Notes: a model not told the origin generated them from the sequence alone. 64,000 bases of DNA from Longimicrobiales bacterium (GCA_965218295.1 CBDCKN010000009.1:256001-320000); one strand, 5' to 3'; positions 9,655-20,157 are shown, counted from the first letter of the stretch. Made by a program: numbers and translations.

Positions 9655-10443
9655 TCAGCGGCCTCCGAAAACAGGCTTGCGTTTTTCCATGAAGGCCCGG
9701 CGGCCCTCGATGTAGTCCTCGCTGTCGAAGCACGCCTTCGCGACCTGCCGGCACATCTCGCGGTCGCGGTCCTCGGGGTCCTTCATGATTTCGCCGATGA
9801 TACGTTTCATCGCGGTGACCGTGAGAGGGGCGTTGGCGGCGATCGTTTCCGCCATCTCCGTCACGACGCGCTCGAGGTCCTCCTCCGGCACGACCTTGTT
9901 GGCGAGCCCCATGGCGGCGGCGTGCGGGGCATCGAAGTGGCCCCCCGTGAAGACGATTTCCTTGGCGAAGGCGGGCCCGACGACCTGCACGAGCCTGCGC
10001 AACCCCTCATAGGAGTAGCCGAGCCCGAGGCGCGCCGCCGGCAGGCCGAACTGCGATTTTTCACTGCATATGCGCAAATCGCACGAGACGGCGAGGCCTA
10101 AGCCACCGCCGAGGCAATAGCCGTCGATCATCGCGATCGTGGGCTTGTGCGCGTGCTCGAGCCGGCGGAAGACCTCCGCCGTCACCGAGTTGTAGTGCTC
10201 GACTCCCTCTTTGGTCGCGCGTTCGCTTTCGAACTTCGAGATATCCGCCCCCGAGACGAAGGCTTTGCCGCCGCTGCCCGCGATCACAATGACGCGAATG
10301 CCATCGTCGTCGGCGAAGTCGGCGAGGATCGCTTCCGCGGCCTCCCACATTTCCAGCGAGACCGCGTTGTGTCGCTCCGGATTGTTGAAGGTCATCCGAC
10401 CGGTGGCACCGGTTGTGTGTTTCAGCATCTTGTCGGTGGTCAT
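9655..10443 (-). CDS. Enoyl-CoA hydratase/isomerase
   Basis: AFVSGADI, GYCLGGG, CDLRI, EGRRAFMEKRKPVF. Confidence 0.92.
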   Translation of the reverse strand: MTTDKMLKHTTGATGRMTFNNPERHNAVSLEMWEAAEAILADFADDDGIRVIVIAGSGGKAFVSGADISKFESERATKEGVEHYNSVTAEVFRRLEHAHKPTIAMIDGYCLGGGLGLAVSCDLRICSEKSQFGLPAARLGLGYSYEGLRRLVQVVGPAFAKEIVFTGGHFDAPHAAAMGLANKVVPEEDLERVVTEMAETIAANAPLTVTAMKRIIGEIMKDPEDRDREMCRQVAKACFDSEDYIEGRRAFMEKRKPVFGGR

Positions 10444-10508
10444 GGTTTTTTCCCGTGGCCCTCTGCAAAAGTATCGTCCCGCTCGGGCGGGATGAGCCGT
10501 CTCGCCTC

Positions 10509-11702
10509 TCAGATGACGCCCTCGCCCCGGAAGGCCTCGATTTGCCCAGGGGTGTAGCCGTACTCGGAGAGAATTTCGGCGCTATGTTCCCCGCGCTCGG
10601 GCGAGGGCTTCTTGATCGCACTTGGCGTGCGGCTCAGCCTGACCGGTTGCCTCACGAGGTCGAGGTCGCCCAGTTTCGGCGAACGGACGGTCTCTGCCAT
10701 GCCGAGGTGCCGGGTTTGCGGATCCGCGAACACCTCGTCGATGGCGTAGATGGGCCCGCACGGCACGCCCGCCTCGTTGAGCCGCTCGATCAGGCCTTCG
10801 GTATCCATGTCTTCGAGCCGCCGGCCGATCTCTTGATTGAGAGCGGGGCGGTTCCTGAAACGGTCCGCACCCGTGGCGTAATCGGGATTGTCGATCAGGG
10901 AGTCCGCCCCGATCGCCCGGCAGAAGCGTTCCCAAAGTTTCTGGCTGGCCGCGCCCACGTTAACGAAGCCGTCGCGCGTCTTGAAGACGCCGGTCGGCGT
11001 CCCATAGGGATGGTTGTTCCCGGCCTGCCCGGGAACCTCGTGCCCGATCAGCCAACGGGCCGCCTGAAAATCGAGCATGAAGATTTGCGCCTCGAGGAGT
11101 GACGTGTGGAGCCATTGGCCCTGTCCCGATTTCTCGCGCTCGAGTACGGCGACCAGGATGGCCTGGGCGCACAGGAGTCCGGCGCAAAGATCCGCGATGG
11201 GAATGCCGACGCGCACCGGCCCCTGTCCCGGCAATCCGGTAATGGACATGAGCCCGCCCATTCCCTGAGCGATTTGATCGACGCCCGGGCGGTCCCGGTA
11301 GGGGCCATCCTGCCCGAAGCCCGAGATGCTGGCATAGATCAGCCGCGGGTTGACGCGCTTCAGCGGCTCATAGCCGATCCCGAGGCGGTCCTTCACCGCC
11401 GGGCGATAATTCTCGACCAGGATGTCCGCATTGGCGGCCAGCTCCTTGAGCACGTCGACGCCCCGAGGCGATTTGAGGTTGATCGTCAGGCTTCGTTTGT
11501 TGCGGTGCAGGTTCTGAAAGTCGGGGTTGTGGCGGGCATCCCCCAGCGGATCGCCCGCTTCCAGGGCCGCCGGGGTCTCGATCTTGATAACATTGGCGCC
11601 CCAATCGGCGAGCTGGCGGGCAGCGGTCGGCCCGGCACGGGCCCGCGAAAGATCGAGGACGGTCAAGCCGCTGAGAGCTTCAGATGCCGAATCATGAGCC
11701 AT
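10509..11702 (-). CDS. CaiB/BaiF class III CoA-transferase
   Basis: VLDLSRARAGP, LADWGANVIKIE, HRNKRS, ENYRP, YASISGFGQDGP. Confidence 0.92.
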   Translation of the reverse strand: MAHDSASEALSGLTVLDLSRARAGPTAARQLADWGANVIKIETPAALEAGDPLGDARHNPDFQNLHRNKRSLTINLKSPRGVDVLKELAANADILVENYRPAVKDRLGIGYEPLKRVNPRLIYASISGFGQDGPYRDRPGVDQIAQGMGGLMSITGLPGQGPVRVGIPIADLCAGLLCAQAILVAVLEREKSGQGQWLHTSLLEAQIFMLDFQAARWLIGHEVPGQAGNNHPYGTPTGVFKTRDGFVNVGAASQKLWERFCRAIGADSLIDNPDYATGADRFRNRPALNQEIGRRLEDMDTEGLIERLNEAGVPCGPIYAIDEVFADPQTRHLGMAETVRSPKLGDLDLVRQPVRLSRTPSAIKKPSPERGEHSAEILSEYGYTPGQIEAFRGEGVI

Positions 11703-11935
11703 GATGGATCCCGGTTGGTAAGTCAGGTGACACACGCGCCGAAAGATTCTCGCTCTAACCACGACGCCGAGTGCAATCTGGGTGAACTGAAGTATATCCC
11801 GGCGCACCCCGGAACGGGGGAGCACCCCCTGGACCCGCGCAGCCGTGATGTTCAACAGGGCCTGACGGACCTGGGAATCGATCGACGCTTTCGAGCGGGG
11901 TTCCGTCCTACGGTACAGACCCGCATCTTCTGTCG

Positions 11936-13384
11936 ATGAACCGACCGGCCCCCCTCATTGTCCTCAAGTTCGGCGGCACCAGCGTGTCGTCGCCCCAGCA
12001 CTGGCGCACCATCGCGCGGGTCGTGACGAAGCACCTGTCGGCCGGAGACCGGGTCGTTCTGGTGCACTCCGCCATCCGGGGAGTCACCGACCTCCTGCAC
12101 GGACTGGCGGTCGATGCCCGGGCGGGAAACGTGGTTGCCGTCGAGGCCGGTGTCGACCGCCTGAGGGCGCTGCACCTGGAGCTGGCGGCGGGTCTGACCT
12201 TGCGTGAAGTGCCGGGGCTCGAAGGCGAGTTCGACTTTCTCCGCGATCAGCTGCGGACGGAGCGGGCCGAAGCCGCACCTCCCGACCCACATCTGGCCGA
12301 GGTCCTGGCCACCGGGGAGCGGCTGGTATCGTGGGTTGGAGCGGCCGCCCTGGCCGCCGCCGGTATCGACACCACCTTGGTCGACGCCCGGGATCTCCTG
12401 ACCGCGAAGACGAGCGTCTCGGAAACGGCCCAATCTTGGCTGTCGGCGGAATGCGACGCGGCGGTCGATCCCGATGTGCAGGAGCGAGTTGCGGCGGTGG
12501 ACGGCGTTCTGCTGACCCAGGGATTCACGGCGCGTACGCCGGGAGGCGAGACTGTCGTTCTGGGGCGCGGGGGCTCCGACACGGCTGCGGCCTATCTGGC
12601 CGGCAAGCTCGACGCGGATCGCCTGGAGGTCTGGTCGGACGTGCCCGGCATGTTCACCGCCGATCCGCGACTGGTTCCGGCGGCACGTCTGCTGAGGTTG
12701 CTCGACTATCGGGAGGCTCAGGAAATCGCCACGACCGGGAGCACCGTTCTGCATCCGCGCTGCATTCCGGCGCTTCGAGACCGGCGCATCCCGATCCACC
12801 TGCGGAGCATCATTCACCCGGACATCGACGGCACCATCATCCAAGCGTTGGAAGGTACCGGACCGGCGCAGGTGAAAGCCTTGTCGCGAAAGCTCGGGGT
12901 CGTCCTGATCTCGATGGAGACGGTCGGCATGTGGCATGAGGTCGGCTTTCTGGCGCGGGCGTTCGGCATTCTGGCGGACGCTGGCCTCTCCATCGACCTG
13001 GTGTCGACCTCCGAGACCAACCTCACGGTTTCTCTGGATGCCAACGCCAATCTCCTGGATCAGGGCCAGCTGGACCGCGTGGTGGAGCGGTTGGGCGCGG
13101 TCTCGATGGTTACTGTAATCAGCCCGTGCGCGTCCGTCAGCCTGGTGGGAGGTCGGATCCGTCGGCTCCTGCACCGACTGGGGCCCGTTCTGGAGGTCTT
13201 CGAGGGATACGAGATCTTTCTGGTCACCCAGGCGGCCTCAGACCTGAACCTGACCGTCGTGGTAGATGAGCCACAGGCCGAGGGGCTGGTTCGGCAGCTG
13301 CACGCCCTGCTGGTCCCGGAGAACGCCGATCCGACTGTTTTCGGGCCCCGCTGGACCGAGATCGCGCTTGGCGAGGCGGAGTGA
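11936..13384 (+). CDS. lysC: Aspartate kinase with C-terminal ACT domains
   Basis: VLKFGGTSVS, LGRGGSDT, WSDVPGMFTADPR, VLHPRC, IDLVSTSETN. Confidence 0.88.
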   Translation: MNRPAPLIVLKFGGTSVSSPQHWRTIARVVTKHLSAGDRVVLVHSAIRGVTDLLHGLAVDARAGNVVAVEAGVDRLRALHLELAAGLTLREVPGLEGEFDFLRDQLRTERAEAAPPDPHLAEVLATGERLVSWVGAAALAAAGIDTTLVDARDLLTAKTSVSETAQSWLSAECDAAVDPDVQERVAAVDGVLLTQGFTARTPGGETVVLGRGGSDTAAAYLAGKLDADRLEVWSDVPGMFTADPRLVPAARLLRLLDYREAQEIATTGSTVLHPRCIPALRDRRIPIHLRSIIHPDIDGTIIQALEGTGPAQVKALSRKLGVVLISMETVGMWHEVGFLARAFGILADAGLSIDLVSTSETNLTVSLDANANLLDQGQLDRVVERLGAVSMVTVISPCASVSLVGGRIRRLLHRLGPVLEVFEGYEIFLVTQAASDLNLTVVVDEPQAEGLVRQLHALLVPENADPTVFGPRWTEIALGEAE

Positions 13385-13539
13385 TGCGGGACCTGAAGGT
13401 GCACCACCTTGTTGATGGGTAGAGACTTCTCACCCTGCCCACCAGCGACACGCACGAGTTCGATCCGTTCGAGTGAGGCGCAGTGAGCCCGGGCGTGGAC
13501 CCCTCACCTCCTGACCCTCTGTCAGGACCTCTCAAGGGT

Positions 13540-13558
13540 GACCCCCTGAACCCCATTC
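13540..13558 (-). repeat. att-like 19-bp duplication of the tRNA-Pro(GGG) anticodon region
   Basis: GACCCCCTGAACCCCATTC is identical to 20564..20582. Confidence 0.75.
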
Positions 13559-13753
13559 GGCCAGCAGAATAGCCGAATGACGGCAAGAAACCGTGTAAAT
13601 CACTGGTAGGGCGCACGATCTGCCGTTCTTGCCTTCAGGGATGCCGGAATCTGCCGGGTTAAACAGGCCCAATAACGGCCCCAACGGACACACGAACGGA
13701 CACATGAAGACCCCCTGAACAGGAGTCAGGATGCAAACGGGAGTCCGTGCGTA

Positions 13754-14250
13754 TCAGACGCCGTCTGTTGTGAACGAGTGTGAGGTCGAGATCGTATACG
13801 TCGTCCCGTCCGTCGTGAGCACGATGTCTCCCTGGAAGATCGACTGCCGGTTGCGCACATTCTCGGTCGTCTCTTCCTCGGTCGTGCCGTACTCGGTCTG
13901 GTAGATCCGGCTGACACCGGCTGCCACCAATCTGTTCAGCGCGTTGCCGTTGGGATGCCCGTGTGTGTTTCCGTTGCCCAGTGAGATGATCGCGACCTCG
14001 GGCCGTATCAGCTCCAAGAACTCATCATCGGAGGCGTTGTCGGCTCCGTGATGACCCACGTGGAGCACGTCGATGGCGATGCCCTGCGCCACGAGATACT
14101 GACCCTACGTACTCGGGTTCCGCCTGCGCGACCAAGGATCAGCGTTGCGTCGCCCTGTGAGATGTTGAGGTGGATGATCTCAAGCTCTTGGGCATCGAGC
14201 GATGACATGAGGCCCAGCAGGACAACAACAAGGAGCGCGGATAGGCGCAT
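13754..14250 (-). pseudogene. ComEC/Rec2-type MBL-fold hydrolase with frameshift and internal deletion
   Basis: N-term LEIIHLNISQGDATLI joins, in another frame, IDVLHVGHHG...PEVAIISLGNGNTHGHP; no HxHxDH core present. Confidence 0.7.
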
Positions 14251-14862
14251 GGTTGGCCTCCTACTCGGAATGGCCAGGGGGGCACGAGGAGCATACTTGG
14301 CGGCTCCAACTGGAGGCAAGCTCAGTCCGCGGTTGCTGCTGTCTCGGTGAGCATCAACCTCGCGCGCTTCGCTTGCGGTCCGCATCTTGGTCGCGCATTT
14401 GTGTGGCCGAATCGCCGGACGACTCTCTAGCTCTTGAGCCAACAATGAAGCGCAACGCTTACAATCGGCAGGGACGGGCGTGCGGGAGCAATGCAGGGAT
14501 TGGGAACACGGAACCCGCCGATGTCTGAATCAATCAGGGATCGCATCGCCGAAATATACGCGGCCGAGTCGCGTCGGGTCATGGCGACTCTCATTCGCCT
14601 GTTGGGTGATATCGACCAGGCCGAAGAAGCCCTCCAAGAAGCATTCGGAGCTGCTTTGACCGTATGGCCCCGGGACGGCATTCCACGGAACCCACGGGCG
14701 TGGCTCGTGTCTACCGGTAAATTCAAGGGGATCGACGCGATCCGCCGGCAAGGACGGGGGACCGAGCTAATACTCCAAAAGGCCGAGGAAGACCACCCGA
14801 ACTACGCTATACCCGGGGAATGGGATGGGGACGTCGTCAAAGACGACCAACTCCGGCTCATA

Positions 14863-16093
14863 TGTACAGAGATGGTAATGACCTGACAGTTGGCCCTCGC
14901 CGGAGCTGTGTCTAGGCTGCCTTCGTCTTAGCCTCCTCCTTCCTGGCCTTTGCGGCCTTCCTGGCGTCGGTGAGACCGGCCTTGAAGACCTGATAGGGCG
15001 TGCGGCCCTCCATGGCTCGACCGCGGTGCGGCCGCTTCCGGTTGTAGGTCTCCAGATACGCCTCGAGGTCCTGCTGCATCTCCTCGACGGTCTCGTACCA
15101 GGTGGTGCGGCCCTTCACCCTCAAGTGCTCGTCGAGGAGCGTGCGGTGGAAGCGCTCGATGAAGCCGTTGGACTGGGGCCTGCCCACCTTCGTCGTGCGG
15201 TGCTCGATGTCCTCGAGCTGAAGGAACAGCTCATATGGGTGACGGTCCGGACGGCCGCAGAACTCGCGGCCGTTGTCGCTGAGCACGGTCTTCACCCGGA
15301 CCCGGTGCTCATCGAAGAACGGCAACACGTCGTTATTCATCACCTGCACCGCCGTGAGCGGGAGCTTGCTCGTGTAGAGCCGGCCCCAGGCGTAGCGGCT
15401 GAAGCAATCGAGCACGGTCTGCAGGTACACCTTGCCGACCCCCTTCAGCGTTCCGACGAAGAACGTGTCCACGGCGACGAGGTCGCCCGGGTAATGGACT
15501 TCGATGTGGCGCTCCCGGAACTCGGGACTGAAGCGCTCCAGCAGCTCGATCTGCTCGTCGGTCAGCTTCAGCTTCCGTTCCCTGGCCGTCTCTTCGAGCC
15601 TGAGCAGCCGTTCGTGCTTCGTGGTGAGGCCATGCCGGCTCCACACGCCCCGTACGCCTCCTGAGCTCACCTGGATCCCTCCGAGCAGCAACTCGTCCGC
15701 GACCCGCTGAGCTCCGTGCGTCGGAGCCTCCAAGGCGTGGGCCAAGACCGCCTGCTCAATCTCTTCACTCACCCGGTTCGGGTGCGGTCCCTTCGGCCCC
15801 GGAAGCTGGTCGATCAGCCCCTCGGCCCCGTAAAGCTGGAAGTTCCTCCTGATCTCGTAGAACTGCTGCCGGCTGTAGCCCACGATCTTGCACGCCTTGC
15901 TCACGTTGCCGAGCTCCTGGGCCAACTGTAGCAGGCTCAGCTTGCGGCGCGCTATCTTCTCCCCCTGGACGGTGGTCATCTTCTCTCCCGTGCTAAGTGA
16001 GTGACTTCGACATCTCTCAATTAGCTCCGGCGAGGGCGGCTGGCCACCGTCCTCTCTCGTGGTCAACTGTCAGGTGAATACCGTCTCAGCACA
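14863..16093 (-). mobile_element. Complete IS481-family element
   Basis: TGT...ACA ends, imperfect ~33-bp IRs (TGTACAGAGATGGTAATGACCTGACAGTTG / TGTGCTGAGACGGTATTCACCTGACAGTTG), CATA duplication. Confidence 0.92.
14912..15979 (-). CDS. IS481-family transposase
   Basis: HTH (NVSKACKIVGYSRQQFY), VAVDTF, LSDNGREFCG, PQSNGFIERFHRT. Confidence 0.93.
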   Translation of the reverse strand: MTTVQGEKIARRKLSLLQLAQELGNVSKACKIVGYSRQQFYEIRRNFQLYGAEGLIDQLPGPKGPHPNRVSEEIEQAVLAHALEAPTHGAQRVADELLLGGIQVSSGGVRGVWSRHGLTTKHERLLRLEETARERKLKLTDEQIELLERFSPEFRERHIEVHYPGDLVAVDTFFVGTLKGVGKVYLQTVLDCFSRYAWGRLYTSKLPLTAVQVMNNDVLPFFDEHRVRVKTVLSDNGREFCGRPDRHPYELFLQLEDIEHRTTKVGRPQSNGFIERFHRTLLDEHLRVKGRTTWYETVEEMQQDLEAYLETYNRKRPHRGRAMEGRTPYQVFKAGLTDARKAAKARKEEAKTKAA

Positions 16094-17099
16094 CATATTC
16101 ACTTGTTGCCACCCGGCGTTGCCCATCGACGCGCGGATCGCCCTTTCCTTGCGCGTGGTGTGCGGGCTGACCACCGAAGAGATCTCCCGTTCCTTCCTCG
16201 TCCCCGTCGAGACGATGAAGAAACGCATCTCCCGCGCCAAAGCAACCATCCGGGAAAAACGGATACCCTACGAGGTCCCGTCCCATTCAGAGCTCGCAGG
16301 ACGCCTCGACGCGGTGCTCCACGTCGTCTACCTCGTCTACAACGAGGGATATTCGGCAACTTCCGGTACGGAGCATCTCCGGCGGGACCTGGCGGCAGAA
16401 GCCGTTTCCCTGAGCCGGCTTATCGCGGACTTGCTTCCCGAGCCCGAAGCGACCGGACTCCTTGCTTTGTTGCTCCTGCACGAGTCCAGGAGCGCGGCGC
16501 GGACCGATTCCCGGGGCGACCTGATACCCCTGGAGGAACAGGACCGGACCCTGTGGGACCGGGAGTTGATCGCGGAGGGCGTCGACCTAGTACGGGAATC
16601 GATGATGTCCGGCCGCCTGGGCTCCTACGTGATCCAAGCCGCGATTGCCACGGTGCACGCAGCGGCGGACTCTGTGGAAACCACCAACTGGGACCTGATC
16701 GTCGGGTACTACGACATGCTCGCCCAGCTGCAGAATTCGCCGGTGGTGACGCTTAACCGGGCGATCGCCGTCGGCATGCGAGACGGACCGTCGGCCGGAT
16801 TGGCGATTGTCGACGACCTCTTGGAGACCGGGGCGATGTCGCATTACCACCGGGCCCACGCGGCTCGGGCTGACCTTGCCCGACGGGCTGGCTCCCTGGA
16901 CGAGGCCCGCGACTCCTACCAGCGCGCCATCGAACTCGTCCGGCAGGAACCCGAACGGCGGTACCTGGAGGAGCGCCTCGCACAAATTCCGGAATAATCT
17001 CGACGTCGATGTCCCTTTCGGCTCCGGCCGTTCGACTACCTCTGAGCAAAGGAAAACGGGCGCCGGTACGAAAGCGCACCAAAACCAGGAGGAAACGTC

Positions 17100-17438
17100 A
17101 TGCAATTCTTCGTCTATCTCACCACGGAAGAAGGGCAGCAGCCCCGTCAATCAGCACCCTCCCCCGAGGAAATGGCCGCAATCGGCAAGTTCCATGAAGA
17201 CGCCATCAAGTCGGGCGTCATCGTGGCCACCGGCCGGCTGAGCCCGACCATCACGAGGATTCGCAAGGAAGGGGACGTGGTATCGGTTACCGACGGCCCC
17301 TTCATCGAAGGGAAGGAACTGATTCCGGGATTCACGGTCATTCGGTCGGACACGAAACAGGGTGCGATCGAGTGGGCCGCCCGCTACCGGGAGATGATGG
17401 GCATGCCCGAACTGCGCATCGCCGAGATATTCGGATAG
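17100..17438 (+). CDS. YciI/DGPF family protein
   Basis: VTDGPFIEGKELI motif; usual partner of ECF42. Confidence 0.85.
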   Translation: MQFFVYLTTEEGQQPRQSAPSPEEMAAIGKFHEDAIKSGVIVATGRLSPTITRIRKEGDVVSVTDGPFIEGKELIPGFTVIRSDTKQGAIEWAARYREMMGMPELRIAEIFG

Positions 17439-17641
17439 CCTGGTTGAGGGTTGGCGTTGCATCCAACCCGGGAAGCCAGTTTCTGTAAATGCAATGCCCC
17501 GCAATCAGTTAGATTTCGGGGCATTCGTTTCTGTTGCAGCGCGGCCGGATTCAAGAAAACCCCTCACGCGTGCAGGGCGAGGCTCGTAGACGTCAGGCGG
17601 GTCCACGACTTGGTCTCCGGACTCCTCCAACATGTGATCGA

Positions 17642-18880
17642 TCAGGGTACCGATGCCGACTCAGTCGGTAGATAGCCCACCCTCCGCTCGCGCACATCCT
17701 GCGAGATGACCGAACCTCCGCACCCTCCGGCAGGCTCTACTCCATCGTCATGAAATATTGGCCGCGCATTACAGCGGGATCGGTGATCGCGCTGGGGCTG
17801 CCGTTGGTGTTGCTGTAGCCGCTTGCTACTCAATGACGACTCGCCCTGCTGGCGCATGATGAGCACCGAGTCACCGAACTCGTGCGAGCGATAGCCATCC
17901 TTTTTGAGCGCGCGACTCATACGCTGTAGCACCGCGTCATTCGCGAACGCGCACAGCAGCTGGTAGTGGCTCTCGCCGGGTTCGTGTGCTCCGCTGACGA
18001 TCGCGTCGACCACACGGAGTCTCGTCTGTGCGCCGATGCGTTGAGTGGCCAGGCCCGCGCCAGGTCGCAGCGCACCTCCATCCAACGCCGCGTGCTCCAG
18101 GGCACGGGTCACCGTGGTGCCGAGCGCAATCACGCGACCGCCTCCCGCTTTGGTCCGGGAGATCGCCCGTACGGTCGTCCGGGGCAGATGGTATGCCTCA
18201 TCGAAAGGCAAACTCGCGTCGAGTGCTCCATCGCCCGTCGACGAAATCCCGGCCGCGAGCGTCAAGGTCGCGAAGCCGACTCCGCGTGCCTGAAGTTCCT
18301 TCAGGAACGCCCAGTCGATCACGAAGCTCGCGGATGGCGGCTCGAACGAGACGGGTAGCGCAGCGACCCGCGTCCAGGCGTCCCACATCATTAGCGGTTG
18401 GTCGATGTGCGCGTACTGGATCGGTGTGCCGTGTCTTGCGATGCCGCCCCAGATCTCATCGGGGGTCCCAACGAAGCTCAGCCCTACGAGGCGCGGGTGG
18501 CCGAGCAATTTCATCACCGTGGCCTTCAAGGGTCCCAACATCAGGGCGTCGCCGATCCGAAGTGCGGGAGGTGGCGCGCGGTGTTCCGTGCGGGTCCGAT
18601 GATCACCGCCGCCGAAGACGATCGCGGTGAAGTTGTACACATCGGCGACGGCCAGCGACCGCCGACCGGCCAACCGTATCTCGATTGCCGCTCCGCTGGG
18701 CTCGTGGAAGCCGCCGAGGCTCGCCGGTATCGTGGCGGCATCGTTCGCGACGACCAGGTCGCCGGGGGACACGTGGTGAACTAGCTGCGTCCTCGCAGCA
18801 TGGTCGAGCCTGCCGTCAGCATGAACGACTAGCAACCTGGCGTCGGGCCGCCGCTGCACTGGCGTAGTGGCGGCCTTCAT
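17642..18880 (-). CDS. QueA-like protein (SAM:tRNA ribosyltransferase-isomerase family, divergent paralog)
   Basis: ARLLV, GDLVVANDAATIPASL, EPPSA, GGRVIALGTTVTRALE, HEFGDSVLI; long non-conserved-looking tail. Confidence 0.78.
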   Translation of the reverse strand: MKAATTPVQRRPDARLLVVHADGRLDHAARTQLVHHVSPGDLVVANDAATIPASLGGFHEPSGAAIEIRLAGRRSLAVADVYNFTAIVFGGGDHRTRTEHRAPPPALRIGDALMLGPLKATVMKLLGHPRLVGLSFVGTPDEIWGGIARHGTPIQYAHIDQPLMMWDAWTRVAALPVSFEPPSASFVIDWAFLKELQARGVGFATLTLAAGISSTGDGALDASLPFDEAYHLPRTTVRAISRTKAGGGRVIALGTTVTRALEHAALDGGALRPGAGLATQRIGAQTRLRVVDAIVSGAHEPGESHYQLLCAFANDAVLQRMSRALKKDGYRSHEFGDSVLIMRQQGESSLSSKRLQQHQRQPQRDHRSRCNARPIFHDDGVEPAGGCGGSVISQDVRERRVGYLPTESASVP

Positions 18881-19596
18881 GTCGTGGTTACGGCGCTTTG
18901 GGCGAACAACTCGATGAACTCGACGATTTCCCGAGCTGCTTCCCCCGGTTGCTTCAGGTCCGCCGGGTCGGCGTCGGGCACGGCCAAGGCGTGCAGGGGC
19001 GTGTCCATGTCACCAGGATCGATTGCCTCCACCCGCACTCCGTGTGCCTGAAGTTCCTGGTCCCAGATCCGGCTCATATGTAAGAGTGCTGCTTTGCTCG
19101 CTCCGTAGGCTCCCCAGCGCGCGTAAGGCGTCACTGCGGCGTCGCTGCTGATGTTGACGACTAGCGCCGGCCGGCCCTCGCGGGCGGATGCGCCCAGTGC
19201 CCCGAGTAAGGCCTTGGTGAGGCGAAACGGGCCGACCACGTTCGTGGCCAGCACCGCCTCCAGGTCTTCGCAATCCGTGTCGGCCAGCAGTTCGAGCGGT
19301 ACCGGCCCGAGCGTCGATGCATTGTTGATGAATACATCGAGTCCGCCGAGCGCCGCAGTGATCTGCATCGCGATTGGGTAGGTCGCGTCCTTCTGTGACA
19401 CGTCGTCCGCAATGCCGTGGGTTCCCACGTGCTGTCGTGTCACTTTGCTTACCCGCTTTTCCTGCCGAGCTACGAACGCCACGGCAGCCCCGCGATCGTG
19501 TAGCGCCTCGACAAGCGCCAGACCAAGGCCCGACGTGCCGCCCGTGACGGCGACACGTAGGCCACTCAGTGTCGATATGTTGGTGGAGGTCATCAC
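18877..19596 (-). CDS. Short-chain dehydrogenase/reductase
   Basis: TGGTSGLG, NNAS, NISS, YGASK, DPGDMDT; ATGA overlap with the QueA-like gene. Confidence 0.9.
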   Translation of the reverse strand: MMTSTNISTLSGLRVAVTGGTSGLGLALVEALHDRGAAVAFVARQEKRVSKVTRQHVGTHGIADDVSQKDATYPIAMQITAALGGLDVFINNASTLGPVPLELLADTDCEDLEAVLATNVVGPFRLTKALLGALGASAREGRPALVVNISSDAAVTPYARWGAYGASKAALLHMSRIWDQELQAHGVRVEAIDPGDMDTPLHALAVPDADPADLKQPGEAAREIVEFIELFAQSAVTTT

Positions 19597-19650
19597 TTGC
19601 TCCTTTTGCTCTTGTGCTCCGGAATGGGGGGGACCACTCGAATCTCAACA

Positions 19651-19681
19651 AAAGTACAAGTTCAAGTGAACTTGAAGTCAA
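19651..19681 (-). promoter_or_regulatory. SoxR-box MerR-type promoter driving SDR-queA-like
   Basis: TTGACT-19 bp-TACTTT with the dyad TTCAAGTGAACTTGAA lying across the spacer. Confidence 0.88.
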
Positions 19682-19707
19682 GGCCCTGATCGATTACCTT
19701 CCTCGTC

Positions 19708-20157
19708 ATGTCCAGGTTGATCACGATCGGTGAGGCTTCTCGTCGCAGCGGCGTGGCTGCGTCGGCGCTGCGCTACTATGAAGACCGAGGGCTCATCAAG
19801 TCCGAACGCACAGGGTCGGGACACCGTCGCTACCCACAGGCGGTGCTCCGACGGATCGCGTTTATCGTTTTCGCGCAGCGCGTTGGGCTGACGCTCGACG
19901 AGATCGACACAGAACTAGGAAAGCTTCCTTCCGACGGCACGCCGACTGGCCGTGATTGGTCACGGCTCTCGCGCGAGTGGAGGTCGAGAATCGAACAGCG
20001 AATCGCCGAGCTCGAGCGCCTCAATGTTGGCCTTACCAATTGCATCGGGTGCGGCTGTCTCTCACTCGCACGCTGCCGCTTAGCGAACCCGGCCGACCGG
20101 GCAGCTCGTTACGGCCCGGGTCCACGCTTTTGGATCGGCGACGGCGCGAAGGCCTGA
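19708..20157 (+). CDS. soxR: Redox-sensitive transcriptional activator SoxR
   Basis: MerR HTH plus CIGCGCLSLARCRLANP [2Fe-2S] motif. Confidence 0.95.
   Translation: MSRLITIGEASRRSGVAASALRYYEDRGLIKSERTGSGHRRYPQAVLRRIAFIVFAQRVGLTLDEIDTELGKLPSDGTPTGRDWSRLSREWRSRIEQRIAELERLNVGLTNCIGCGCLSLARCRLANPADRAARYGPGPRFWIGDGAKA

Larger units (their letters stand above)
14521..16997 (+). pseudogene. ECF42-type RNA polymerase sigma factor (DUF6596/TPR C-terminus) split by IS481
   Basis: Removing 14863..16097 restores DDQLRLIFTCCHPAL; also YLVYNEGY, LEEQDRTLWDR, QAAIATVHA. Confidence 0.9.
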
